The notes under the pieces were generated by a model. It was not told the origin of the DNA, did no database searches, and saw nothing but the letters and a program-made list of their open reading frames with translations. This document shows positions 1 to 12,547 of a stretch of 64,000 nucleotides of DNA, one piece after another. Positions within the stretch are counted from its first letter, which is position 1. Each line of letters opens with the position of its first letter. The stretch lies in assembly GCA_950097015.1 (NCBI GenBank), contig CATNEN010000003.1:4526001-4590000 (forward strand). Direction: 5' to 3'. The DNA is from Macrostomum hystrix. Its lineage: Eukaryota; Animalia; Platyhelminthes. The position numbers and the translations under genes are program-made.

Positions 1-3000
1 GAATTTGATGAAGAAAAAGATTATATAACCTGTGAGCTAAATACGCTACTTGATCTTACAAATCTAGAATTCAACGAACATTTCGTTAACGTCTATTGGT
101 GCGAAGATGTAAAAAACAAATTTTTGTCTGGATGCCGAGAGGTGCAATCGACTGACCTTGACAATTCATTAGGACCAAAACTTCAGCAGTGGATACCGTC
201 AAGCGAAAAATTAGAACTCATCATGAGTTTTTGTCTAAAAGTTGAAGCTATGCAAAATAAAATACCACTTCGTGCTCAGAGCAATTCCTCTCTTATTTCT
301 AGAAATTTCGCAGCAAGCACTTTGATTAATGAGCACTTCAGTGCCCCACCGTCGCAAGTTATGAGACAAAAGTTTCTTAAAGAACCTTCGCTAATACATT
401 TCGCCCCAACCAGCAGCCTGCGATTTGAAAAGAGGCTACTGAAATTGACATCTATTAAGTGGCGCACTTTGCAGCACGTTGCTAATCCATGGGACATTGA
501 ATCAGATGAGGACAGGTACTTTTACATGCAGGGCTGCATGCTCGACTATATCGAGCAACGATGGGCAAAAGCGGCGCCCCTTAACGTGAAGCTTGTTGAA
601 CTTCTTCGATGTAAGAAGTCACAGTTGCGAGAAATTTTGGACAAGGAAGTCGAAGCTGTAAGCAAAGCAGATGTTATTGCCATGACGATTACTAGTGCAT
701 CTGGTAAGTATGAGCTTCTAAGAAAGGTACGTCCTTGCGCTATAATTTTTGAAGAGGCATTGGATATCTTCGAGCCTATTCTTCTTGGATGTCTTGGAAA
801 CTGGACCAAGAAGCTCGTTCTTATCGGAGACCTAAGCCAAGTTAGTCCAACAGCCGGTGACACTAGTGCTTCTTTGCTTTCTCGGACGAGTTTTTCGATG
901 ATGGAGCGCTTAGTGAATCACGGATTGCCCGTAACGCATTTGCAATACCAAAACCGAATGCATCCAGATATCTCAAAGTATTTAGTGCCTAGCATCACAG
1001 ACAATCTCAGCATTGTGTCTTCGTTAACAAGGCCAGCTTTTTTGTCGAAAGCAGTGATATTTTGGGACCTACAGCGCTCTGTAGATTTTCAAAGCTCGGG
1101 AACTGGCAGCAAAAGTGCTTTCCAATCTACCAGCGTTGTTGCGGAACTAGCCCTTGCGTTTCTGAAGCTTGGCTGTAAATCTAGTGAACTTACGATTTTG
1201 ACTATCAGCAGTGGTCAGAGTAATAAAATTCGCGAAAGCGTTCAAAGTACCACCAAATTTCTTACTGACCAGGGCGTTTCAGAAGTTAAGCGAAAATACG
1301 GCGAAGATTTTTCTAACTCCTTTATTGAAGTGTGCACCATCGAAGAATATCAAGCTCGAGAGAATGACATCGTCATTGTACTTTTGCTAAACAAAAAGAA
1401 CGGTAAAGCTCCTGTGCCGCCTCTTCGCGTTTGTCAGTCCCGATCACGATGTGCATTAATATTTGTCGGAGATGCCCAATCACTGAGTGAGTTCGCCGAA
1501 TGGAAGTCATTCATTCAGGCTCTTGACAAGGATAACGCCCTAGTCTGTGAATTTCCAGTGGTCTGCAGCAGGCACAATACTAGCGCTAATTGGCGGTCCG
1601 TTTCTGATCATGGAATGTTGACTAGCTTCTGCTACGAAGATTGTCATCAATTAATGCCTTGTGGTGTGCACCGATGCACTAAAAAATGTCATCCCAGGCA
1701 TGACCACGTTCAGTGCAATGAAAGTAGACATTTAACTTTGCCATGTGGCCACACTAAATTAGTTTCCTGTTCGATGTCTACTTCGACTGGAAACAAAGCG
1801 TGCGAACATCCGTGCGAACTTCTTCTACCCTGCGGTCACAAATGTCGAAGACTATGTGGACAGCCATGCGGAACAGATGCATGTACCGAAAAGCAAAGCA
1901 TCACATTGCCATGCGGGCACATCGTGTCTAAGGCTTGCAACGAGCCAACACCGCTGTGTTCGATGACGATTGATCTGAAAATGTACTGTGGGCACTCAAA
2001 AAGGATCCTCTGTATCGCAAACCGCGCCACCACAACTGGAGCACTGAAGTGCATGGAGCCTTGTGGAAAAACGTTGTCATGTAATCACCAATGTGGCCTT
2101 TTATGTCATGAGGTATGTAACTCTTCTCCATGCCCACTAAATGTATCAAAAGAGTGTTCATCATGTGGTCAGAGCTTTACTTCAAAATGCGGTGATAATA
2201 AAACGCAATGCGATCGCTTAATTAAGATTACAATGCCGGATTGCGGTCACCAGCGACTTGTTAAGTGCTCTTTGCAGCACCAGGAAATTCTTAAGCAGTG
2301 TGACCTGCCGTGTGGAAAGCGCCTGCCATGCAGCCATAGTTGTAGTTTTTCTTGTGGAGTAATTCCGTGCCCTCCTTGTGAGACCTTGTCCAAACGGGAT
2401 GAATGCGATCACGTCGCTCACTGTTGGGAGCTACAAAGCGACTGCACAGAAAGTGTCGCACAAAAATTTAAGTGCGGTCATCTGGAAAGCATGACATGTG
2501 GTGCTGCCTCCAGAAGAGTCGATGATCAGTTCTGTTCGATTTGTTGGCCATTGGCCATCAGAGATCGGAAAGCACGAACTGCCAGTGCGTCACAGTCTTC
2601 CACCATTAAACGCACTCGATTGTCTGAAAGCAATGAAGAAACATCAGTCGAATACTTTAAAATTCACGATAGAGTTATGCGCTACATCAAAAGTGAGCAT
2701 GGAATCGCCGTTCAGATACAGAGCATCGACCGAATCGAAAATCCTGTTCTGGATAAGCGAATGTTTGACATTAGCGACCAGTTAGTAAAAAAAGATTGCC
2801 TTCCTGAGCTATTTTTCCATGGTACAAAAACTGATGTCGCAGAGGCCATTATTCGCGAAGGTTTTCGAGTCGGCTCAAGTGGAATGTACGGTGCCGGGAT
2901 CTACTTTGCGACAGACACTACTAAGAGTGCACAATACTGCAGAGAATCTGGAGTAAAGTCGCTATTGCTATGCGAAGTTTTGCTTGGAAAGTCGATGGTG

Positions 3001-3168
3001 TGCGAATCGCCGCAAAATCACCTAAACCTAGATAGCGTTCGAAAATCAGGCTACGATTCCGTTTTTGCCAAGAGAGGTACTAAGACTACGCGTGGAGTGA
3101 TGAATGATGAGTACATCGTTTACAGGCCGGAGCAAGCTGCGCCTAGGTATCTAATTCGGTTTACATAA
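1..3168 (+). CDS. 5'-truncated ZNFX1-like protein: UPF1-like SF1 helicase C-terminal half, NF-X1-type zinc-finger array, C-terminal PARP catalytic domain
   Basis: Frame 1 is open from base 1 to TAA 3166-3168. Helicase motifs: IIFEEA (II), LIGDLSQ (III), SMMERL..LQYQNRMHPDI, EEYQAREND (V), RVCQSRSR (VI). Repeated LPCGHxC..C units at ~1625-2550. PARP motifs FHGT, GMYGAGIYFA, SAQY, LLLCEVLLG, GYDSV, NDEYIVY. Confidence 0.9.
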   Translation, partial: EFDEEKDYITCELNTLLDLTNLEFNEHFVNVYWCEDVKNKFLSGCREVQSTDLDNSLGPKLQQWIPSSEKLELIMSFCLKVEAMQNKIPLRAQSNSSLISRNFAASTLINEHFSAPPSQVMRQKFLKEPSLIHFAPTSSLRFEKRLLKLTSIKWRTLQHVANPWDIESDEDRYFYMQGCMLDYIEQRWAKAAPLNVKLVELLRCKKSQLREILDKEVEAVSKADVIAMTITSASGKYELLRKVRPCAIIFEEALDIFEPILLGCLGNWTKKLVLIGDLSQVSPTAGDTSASLLSRTSFSMMERLVNHGLPVTHLQYQNRMHPDISKYLVPSITDNLSIVSSLTRPAFLSKAVIFWDLQRSVDFQSSGTGSKSAFQSTSVVAELALAFLKLGCKSSELTILTISSGQSNKIRESVQSTTKFLTDQGVSEVKRKYGEDFSNSFIEVCTIEEYQARENDIVIVLLLNKKNGKAPVPPLRVCQSRSRCALIFVGDAQSLSEFAEWKSFIQALDKDNALVCEFPVVCSRHNTSANWRSVSDHGMLTSFCYEDCHQLMPCGVHRCTKKCHPRHDHVQCNESRHLTLPCGHTKLVSCSMSTSTGNKACEHPCELLLPCGHKCRRLCGQPCGTDACTEKQSITLPCGHIVSKACNEPTPLCSMTIDLKMYCGHSKRILCIANRATTTGALKCMEPCGKTLSCNHQCGLLCHEVCNSSPCPLNVSKECSSCGQSFTSKCGDNKTQCDRLIKITMPDCGHQRLVKCSLQHQEILKQCDLPCGKRLPCSHSCSFSCGVIPCPPCETLSKRDECDHVAHCWELQSDCTESVAQKFKCGHLESMTCGAASRRVDDQFCSICWPLAIRDRKARTASASQSSTIKRTRLSESNEETSVEYFKIHDRVMRYIKSEHGIAVQIQSIDRIENPVLDKRMFDISDQLVKKDCLPELFFHGTKTDVAEAIIREGFRVGSSGMYGAGIYFATDTTKSAQYCRESGVKSLLLCEVLLGKSMVCESPQNHLNLDSVRKSGYDSVFAKRGTKTTRGVMNDEYIVYRPEQAAPRYLIRFT

Positions 3169-3884
3169 AATGTAAAAATGGACTCGTTGCGAGGTTAAGT
3201 TGTATGCTTTTCTATTCACTCAAATGCTGACTGCAAACGCGTTCTGATATTTAATAGTTTTATGGCTCGAAAAAATTAATCACCACCTTTGTTCTATAGC
3301 CTAACCAAGCACTTGCAGCCTGCTAATCTTGTACTAAGGTAGGTAGGTAGGTTGTAGGAATAATAAAGTATTCCTAAATTTGTGCTTACGCACCTATATC
3401 ACACTTTTGTAACGTCTTTTCCCCTTAAGGTTTGCTTTCACTGCTATTAAATAAGCCATAAAGAAACTTGAAAACTGTGAAGAAGCATCTGTCCAATACT
3501 TAGGAATTCATGATTGAGTTATGCGCTACAAGAAAATAGCGTACAAAAACATTGCATAAAATTTCGCCGAAAGCAAGTCATTTCATGGCAGTGCAATTAG
3601 ACTTTATGCTCACTAAACATTTTGGCGATATTCATAAGCAAGCGCATGTTTCATTCAAACAAATATTCATTTAAAACCTGTCAGAATGCTATATACTAGT
3701 AATTCTACTGAGTAGAGAAGTGGCGGATTGTTTTTTATATTGGAAAGTACTGTCTTTAACTTTTCATTAACTATAAAATCATAGGTGTTATGTTTATTCT
3801 TAATAAACAAGAACTTATGTTGATGTTGATTAAACTTACCGCTTGCTGCTTACAAGTATAGGTGTTTTGCGAAAGGACAAATAT

Positions 3885-3965
3885 AGTTTCACCGGAGTCG
3901 GAAATCGAACACCGACCGTCCACTTGTGCGTCCAGCGCTCCAAACAGTAGACTAGAGAACTATAG
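3885..3965 (-). mobile_element. Degenerate tRNA-derived SINE head
   Basis: Reverse strand reads ...GGTCGGTGTTCGATTTCCGACTCC, a box-B-like motif resembling the SINE heads at 18740-18800. Confidence 0.4.
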
Positions 3966-4731
3966 TTAAAGTGAATCAGTACGTAATCAGGCTAATTAAT
4001 ATTTCGTTAGTGCGAATTTTTATGCGCATGTTCATTTTCCGGTGTTCGGTGATGGCTTCGTATTTAGAAACTATTCAATTTTGCCGCATCGTACGTTATA
4101 TCGCTTTTGGATATAGTTTTTTTATTTTCTAGTTGAAAGAAAAATAAATCGCTAAAAATAACATAAAGACTTGTCGCTATTTCTTTTTTCCCGTCGTATT
4201 CCATTAAAAAAACTGGTTTTCCTACAACTGCTTTTAACAATAGTTTATTTTCTTAGTTTATTAAATTAACCCGTGTTTGGAGATCGACAATGAAAAATCG
4301 TCGGGAGCAACTGCTGGACGCTGGTTTATTTGGCCATAAATCTGTAGGTAATAAGTTCTCCGAATTTAAAACTGTTGTTATGCGTACTGTACATGCCGCT
4401 AGTTTTACGAAACGTGGAACAGACAAGAATAATACAGCAATACTGGAGCATACGCTCGTACCCCTATGTGGTAATGTAATTGTATAAGATAACCATATTG
4501 TATATTGTAATAAAGGCGGGGAATACAAAATAGCTTCTGGCAGGTATCTGCTTGCTAAAATTTGATTGTCGAGCTTTACATGCCGAACCTATTGCTTTGC
4601 CGAAGTTAGCTTGCAGGAATTTTGCCGACGAAGTCTGCTTTTAATAGGTTTGCTTCCAATTGCAGAATTTTACGTTGCTTCTGATTTCAGCAGGATTGAT
4701 CAGATATAATTATAGTTCTTCTCATATTAGG

Positions 4732-5410
4732 CATAGCTCTCAGGGCTCACAGGGAATGAGATGGCGGACCAGCTTGCAAAGGCTGGCGCAGCCAGCTCCC
4801 TGTTGGGCCCGGAGGCCCCGATCCCCGTTTCTGTGGTCAACTCCAACATCAACCGCTGGATGGAGACCCAACACCGGAGGAGGTGGTCTTGCACCCTGAA
4901 CTGTCGCCAGTGTCCAGGGCTGCGGTGCCAACCCCCTCTAGTAACCTGCGTAAAGCCTTACTTACTAAATCGCAGAGACCTGAGAGCAGTCACCATGGCC
5001 CTCTCGGGACATGGCCGCTTCACCAGACACCGCTACCTCCAAGGCCACGTGCCGGAGGAAACGTGTCCCTTCTGCTGCTCCGGACGCGAAAACGCCGAGC
5101 ATTTCATCTGCCACTGCCCGGCCTTCACCCGGGCAAGGCTAAAACATCTCGGGCCGGCGCCGACCCTAGTCGTAGCCTGCTCGCCCGAGAACATTCCACA
5201 GCTCGCCCACTTCCTTCGGGACACCGGCCGAGCTGATTTCTTCCCAGCCTATATGGCGAGGGGGATCGCGCGGCGGAACCGACCGACGGACCACCCTGAG
5301 CGGCACCGCCTCGCTGGAGGCCGTCCGGCTGCCAGGGGTTAGCGATATGGGCGGCACCGGCCGCCTCCTCGCTGCGTCCTTCAAAGACTTGGCTGCAAAA
5401 CTCTCACATA
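4732..5410 (+). mobile_element. 5'-truncated non-LTR retrotransposon 3' end (RNase H-containing, I/R1/LOA-like)
   Basis: RNase H end GNEMADQLAKAGA, LSGHGRF..H motif and CCHC knuckle CPFC..ENAEHFICHCP. GC-rich island in AT-rich DNA; stop at 5342 followed by a 3' stem-loop. Confidence 0.85.
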
Positions 5411-8400
5411 ACACTAAAAAAGTATCGCCATAAAAATGGCAAGCTTAAAAGAGACTTCTGTGCACACTAAGAGTGGTGGGAGAGGACTGCGTGTGGCTAT
5501 GGCTGACTGACGAAGGCAAACAAGCTAGAAACCGATCTCGGTCTGCCAGCCGAGGTTCGTTCCCCACTTTTAGTGTGTCACACAAACTACGAGCTATATA
5601 CAATACGCGAATTCCTGTCTAGATCAAAAATGAATTGTTATATAGGCATTTTAAACAAATGAAGTTTGGATCTAGTACGAGCTCGTAGTTCACTTGAACT
5701 GGAACTTCTAGGATATGTTAATCTCGTAATCATTTATTCGTAATTATTTATGGCATTTTAATTAGAAAGTAGAGCTGGATGTAAAATGACCGGAGTTAGA
5801 TTTTTACCAGTACAGAGCGTAGTGAGACAGGAGGGAGTTGGATGCGCTTTGACAGATAAAAAAGAATAATGCGTGGAGAACAAAAGAAAGGAGAAAGGTG
5901 GGAGCGAGTTAAAAAAACGAAGAATTACAAATTAGAAAATTGGAGGGAAGTGAGTAAAATCGACAGGTGAAAAACCCTAAAAATTGTCTGTGAGCAGAGA
6001 CGTGATTTTTGTTTAAGTTTACAAGATAACAGATGAGTCATCGGGAAGAGGTACGGAAATATGAGGTATATATTATGGGGATAGTTAATTTAAATTAGCT
6101 TAACTAAAAAGAGTTGATGGCCCCCTGAAAGTCACTGACTAACTCACAGCAACATCACAGGCAAACGTCTGCAAGCAAAGTTTGGCAAGCAGACTTCAGC
6201 GGCGAATTTATCGCAAGCAAATTTTATAATAGACTGTTTGTGGTTTATCGATCTGATTCCGCATCAAGATCGTAACAGTCACAAAGTACGCTTGAGAAGA
6301 GAAGCGAAATATTTTTTTATAAAACGAAAAAGTATCATAATAAAAGCGCCGTATAAATGGCTACATTAATCACAGCAATTTTGCTTGACTTCAATGTTTT
6401 TTGTTAATATTTTGCTAAAATTTGACTTTAGCCAAAAGTACAGCACGTGCACTCACGTGCATGTATTTTTTAAAGTTAAATTTTATGAAAAGTCGTACCA
6501 TAAAGCTCCTACAATACTGAGTTTTCTTTTTTCAGTCCAGCCTTTTTATTTTCATTAGCTTTATCTCCATAAGTCTCTCGACTATGTATTTGTCTATAAA
6601 TTTATATATGTTCGGGTCAATTTAGGCCCTTACAGCCCTATTTTATAATAATAGCTGGCTAACCTAATTTAATATAAATGGATTATTTAATCCTTAACAT
6701 TGTTTTATGTACACATTGCCTTTGCTATAGCATTTCGAAAGCTAAATAAGTTACTACCACTAGCTACTGGCTACTAATAGTGCCTTGTATGCATACCAAT
6801 AATTTGCTAGAATCAACACATTTTTATAGCTAGCTAGTGAGTGTGCATTGAGATATGCATAGGCTATATAAGCATAGATCATATTGTGACAATTAGGTAA
6901 CAATCATCTGGCTCTAGTTTTTCATGTTTAATTATTTACAAAAACATTACAACTTTCTTAACATTTACATTTTTAACAAGTAAATAATGAAACTTGCCTG
7001 AGAGTTAAACTGACAGTTTGTGGCTATGAGTTAATAAAATATGACAAATACTTACACTAACTAGAGTTCTTGAATGGTGTGGCAGTGTTGTATGTCAAAG
7101 GCAAAGTAGTGGTGGATACTAGACATGGCAGAGTATGTCGACTTCAATATCTATGACAAAAATCATGATATAGATCATACATGCGCAACCTCCAAAATCT
7201 TAGTCAGCCGTGCGACTTAGTTTTTGCTCTCATTTGCAACTTAGTTCGTTTCATTGCTCTATTTACAACTTAGTTTGCTCTCATTTGCTCTCTTTTTCTC
7301 TCCCCTTTTTCCTTTTCTTCACGCCTCCCTTTTTTGTCCCTTGGTCCCCTCTTTGATTTTTTTTGTGCTTGGTCAATTGGTTTTTGCAACTGTTGCAATT
7401 TGAATCGTAGCTAGAACAATGCCATATGCCAGCCATAGTCTAGATAATTTAGTTAACATGGGAAATTTCTGGCATAAAATTTTAATACCAAAATGTAATT
7501 GGCATAGTTGGCATAAAGTGTCAAAACAAAAAACTAGTGTAGGGTAATGTATCATCAACTGAACAAGAATATTCATTTTTTTAACTTCAAACCTAAGCTA
7601 CAGATTTTCTATTTAAGATATCATGATAAATCAAAAGCCAAGTTATAGAAAACTGTTTCATCTTTCTAAATAGTATCTGCTTTTGCTATTTTGTCAAATA
7701 GAAAAAAGTTATTCATGTTTTTCATCTAAAACCAAACGATGATTTTCATGTATCTTTAAACCAAACAGAGAATTTGATGTTTGGTTTTAAAATTTGAGTG
7801 AGTGGTTTAATCTTATTTTAAGGAGTGATCTATCATGAATTATATCATTTGAAAGCATTTTTCCTGCTCTATAAATAACTACATTTATGGTAATTTAATT
7901 GGAAAGCAACCACATACAATCTTAGTCTAAAGTACATGCTGAAAAAATGCTGTCAAAAAGTGTGCTTTTGTGATAAAAATTTCTACTGAAACATCCATAT
8001 CTTACTTTCCTTTTAATGCTTCATTGCATGTCATGCCTTAGCTTGTAAATAATTTCATTGACATTCAAAATAGTTATTCTGTGAAATACAATAGCTTGTT
8101 TCTGTCTTGCACAAGACCAAGGAAGGAGTCAAATTTCTTGTTTGGTTTTGAAGATACACTGTTTAGTTGATGATACATTACCCTATGTTCTAGTATAAAT
8201 TTAATGTAACAAAAGTTTGGATTGAGTAAGAAACAACTCATTTCTTTGCATAGCTTTGGTTACAATTTGTGCAATGTTGTAAAACAGTGAAGTAAATTCA
8301 TGAACTTATTAAATTACACATTAGGCCTACATATAAATTTATATAGGCCTATATATATTTTACTTTTTGCTCTTTGTAAATGTCAAAATTATATATATTT

Positions 8401-9824
8401 AAATCTAAAGCATTGCAGGTTAACTGTTTTGTTTAGTATAAAGTCTATTTAGGACACTATGTGATGCTAACCACTACATATTTTCTAAATTTAAAGTGTC
8501 CTTTTTATGTATTATTTGGCATAAATCTTAGATTTTCCACTTGCTATAATTTGGCCTAAAATTAAGAAGCATGTCAAATTTCTTCTAGTGTATGGCTAGC
8601 ATGATCTATACTAAGGGCCATATAGGCTATAGCACCAACAATGGTCATTCCTGTTGCAGACCTGTGACCTACTATATTGCTATATAACTAACTGTGTGAG
8701 CTACCACAATCATAGACACAACTTCCCTTTCTTTGCTGTCTACACTGTCTGAGTGAACTACAATGGCATCTTCATGGCTTTTTGGTTGTTACTTGATAAA
8801 CTGTAAAGAAATTCAGGATCTTTGGTAAAATTATTAATACATGCAAAAACTAGAGCATTGCCCATATTGCCACTACACCTAGTATGCAGTTAGACACTTA
8901 AAATGTAAAATGGCACATATTTTAATATAGCATATGTAATGAAAGAAAAATTATTTTAAAAATTAGTTTGCACCAAAAACATAAGTCTCATTAGTTTTGT
9001 CATAGTACTAGAACTGAAAGCCTCCTATTTTTATTTAGATCTCAAATGACTAATTGTTAAATGAACATTAGAAAATTAAAAACAAATTAGTAATATAAGA
9101 AATTTAAAAAGTAAAACTTAAAATAATATATAAAAAATGATAGCATCTTGTATTATTTTACAAGTTGGCCAAACCAGTAGTCTAAAAAATTAGCGTTGAG
9201 CTGCAATGGTTATGGTAAAAACAACTAGTTACCTAGAGAAACTCTAAGAATAGCAAAGCAAAAAATTTACATGCAAATGTAATTTACAAACATAAAATTA
9301 TATACTCTGCTGCTGAACAAATGTAGAAATGTAAGCAGTCTGTTTAAAACTATAAAATTGGATTTTTTTAATGAATTGTAGGCTAAATAATTATTAAAAA
9401 ATTAACTGACATTCAGTGCTATGTACCATTGTATTAAATAAGTGACATCAGAAGTGTGACATAGGATTTTATCCTTCTTGTGAAAAAGTAGATGAGTGCA
9501 ATACAAATATTGATGCAATATCATAATGAGGCTTGTTTTCAGGAACAATATTTTTCCTTTAATTTGATGTTTGAATAATGTACACATTTCCAATGACTCA
9601 TAGCTCTCAATTTATGTTACTTAAAAGCATGCTATTCAGTTTCAAATTAACAAATTTATGTTTAGTTTGCAATTAAATAATTTAGATGGTGTTTTTCTAT
9701 GCAATTCATATTTAAGTATTCATCACATATGGTTTAAATGTGCAAAAATAAACCAGAAGCTTTATTAGAACAGCACATCTTTCTTTTTTATACAAAAAGA
9801 TTTATTCAATTTTATTAATTCCAG

Positions 9825-11362
9825 TTTTGACCAGTGTAAATCTCCATCCAGGCATGAGTGCCTCTCAGCTATCTGCATCAAATGTTACTATTGCAAATAT
9901 TGAATCTATTCTTGAAAACCAGCCATCTATTGTTCTTGATGAATGGTGCCCACTTATAATTGGCTCCGCGATCCATGTGATTGGTCTAACTGCTTCTAAT
10001 GATGCATTGCTCACCAGCCATGATATAAAGTACATCTGCGCAGATGGCCGATTCGTTGTTGACAGCCAGTGTATGGTCTACCAACTAGTTGGACCGCCAG
10101 TTCGCTCTTTAATACAACAGTGGGCCAACAGCGGCGGCGGTGGAGCCTCTATGTCTCAGGTTAACTATAGGCCGCCAGTGGAAAGCTTCTTTGAGGCGTG
10201 CAATGCCAGCTTATCAGATTCTTGGCCCCGGCTAGCCATAGGATGCGACAATGAGGACACCGGCCATTACAGCAGCACTGATAGAGCCGTTGAAAACCTA
10301 GATAATGACTCAGCATTGCTTAATGACCCGACTGAACGTCTAATATTGGCGCAGGCCTCCACTACCTCGGTTGAAGCTTCCGCTGCGAATACTACTTTAG
10401 CAGTAGTAGAAACTACTGCTAGACAGGATGGCGATAGCGAAGGCACAATAGCGGAGCCTCAGCCAGATGCAGAGACTGATCCTGTGATTACCCCGCCGCC
10501 TGAACAACTTGGCTCCAAGTTAGCAAAAATTAGAGCCTCTTTAGCGGCAAGAGCGACGCAAAACAATAGTCCAACAGTGTCTAGCCATCCGCAGCAGTCG
10601 AAATCTAATAAAAGAACTTTCGGCTCTTCTCCGTCTTCGTCTGAGCCTTCGAATTCGAATGAAAATTCCGCTACTAGGCGCCGTAAATCTAGGCCAATTA
10701 AAAAGCGACTGCGGCATAACGACAGTGGCATTAGTGATCTAGATAAGACAGAGCATGCCGAAAACGTTATCAGTTCAGTACAGAATCAACAAAATCAGCA
10801 ATTTCATACTGGACCACGAAGGTCGAATACAATTGAGCACGATAAAGTCATAGGTGGCGAGAATGAACTTGCTGCAACTCCGTCAGGCTCAACAGATTCT
10901 CTGCCAGCAACTAATAAGCAGAATGCTCATAGGGCAGCCGCGGTTGTACTCAACTCTGTTATTGAAGCAGCTAGTCGAGCCACACCCGGTCCATCTCAGA
11001 GCAAAGCCAATCAGCGAAGACAGTCTACGGCCCGCAGGGCAGCTTCTAGTCGAGTTCCATCGGAGTCAACTAATACTCAGTCGCTTAGAAATAGGCCTAG
11101 ATTTTCTCAGATTCCAAGTGAAATCGATCATTCTACTGAGCAGGAGAATTCGATTGTTGCTAGTAACAGGAGAGAGTCATTAGCTACGCCTAGTACCGAG
11201 GGACTCTCCGATGCCGAGAATCGGATTCGACGCAACGGGCGACGCCATTGTCAGATAGCCGCGCCTACTCTGCAATTTTTAAGTCCATCAGTTTTAAGAT
11301 CAATGCGTCGGCTATACGATTGCAATAAAAAGCAAAAGAGGAGAAAGACCTTGCCTGCTTGA
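9825..11362 (+). CDS. SANTA-domain protein, KNL2/MIS18BP1-like (large terminal or only coding exon)
   Basis: Acceptor ttattaattccag ends at 9824; first ATG at 9854. LDEWCPL..IHVIG..LTSHDIKYI..VDSQCMVYQLVGP matches the SANTA pattern LxxW..VxG..SxxI..YxLxG. The rest is S/R/N-rich low complexity with basic NLS-like patches. Confidence 0.65.
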
Positions 11363-12547
11363 TGCTTCAATTTAATTGCTTTGCGGATTGTCTAAACTCC
11401 GGCTTGTGTAGCACTAGTGTTTTGTAAAGTCCGCAATGTCCGAATGACATTTTCCCTTCGCGTCATCCCTCCTACTCATTATCTCTACCGTTTAACTCTC
11501 TTTCTCTCTCTCTTATCCATTCTCTAGTTTCAATTCGGCCTACTGTTGTCTCAAAGATTCATTATTTAGCAGCAATTAAAGTGATTAAGTTAGCCGACCT
11601 ATGTGGTAGATATAATATTGTTGCTAGAGATCAACCGGTTCTTAGGTCTCCAATTTTTCTGTGTGCACAAGTTTTCGTTTAAATTTGGCCCTTAGTAAAC
11701 TTGTCACATTCTCCCTAGCCCTAGTTTATTACCATACCTGTGTATTGCTCGAGTGTTGTGTTGTCAGGGCTAAAATTTAATGCATTTTGTATTTTTTACT
11801 GCTGCGTAACAAGCATCGAAAGTTGATCGAATATCTAGTTTGAGTGCTTTCGCAGTTTCATATTTTCCTAAAACTTTATAAAGCTTTCCTTTTGTTTATT
11901 TGGGTTGGCCTTGTGAAATTATGCTACGGAGAGATTGATCGGAAATTCTAATCAGGGAAACATCTTGAATCATCTGTATGAAATGTAATAAGCGCTCCTT
12001 TTCTTAAGTAGTACGTTGCTAAAAACTTATCAAATTTATAAGTGAGATATTTTTCAAAAACTACCAGTAGTTTAAATGCAAATTTAGTCGAATAGGTCTC
12101 CGTATATTCGATATTTTGCAATAAATATAAGCTGTTATAATAGTTTCACTATTTTTTACAGTTATCAGTCCTTAATTTTTTTTTCGCTTTTAATGTCAAT
12201 ATTTTAATAATTCATTTGATAAAAAGCCTGATTGACCGTCAGACAGGCAAGCTGTACTTCATAAATAAACAGCCGGAATGTAACATATAATATGCTGGTG
12301 CTCATGTGTCTTGTTTAAAAAAATAAATAACTAAATATGTTCTAGTATTTTGTTATTCGCCTTGTAATAAAACAATTATTTCAGATTTCAAACATTGCAA
12401 CTGTTGTAGCTAATTGATAAAGCATTTTTATTGCACAGAGAGCTGCGTTGCAAAACAAGCTTTAAATAAAGATTCATTTTTTGTTTAATAAGAAAGAATA
12501 TTGTAAATGTACTTTACTGTCAGTGTCAGTTTGAATGAAATATGCAT

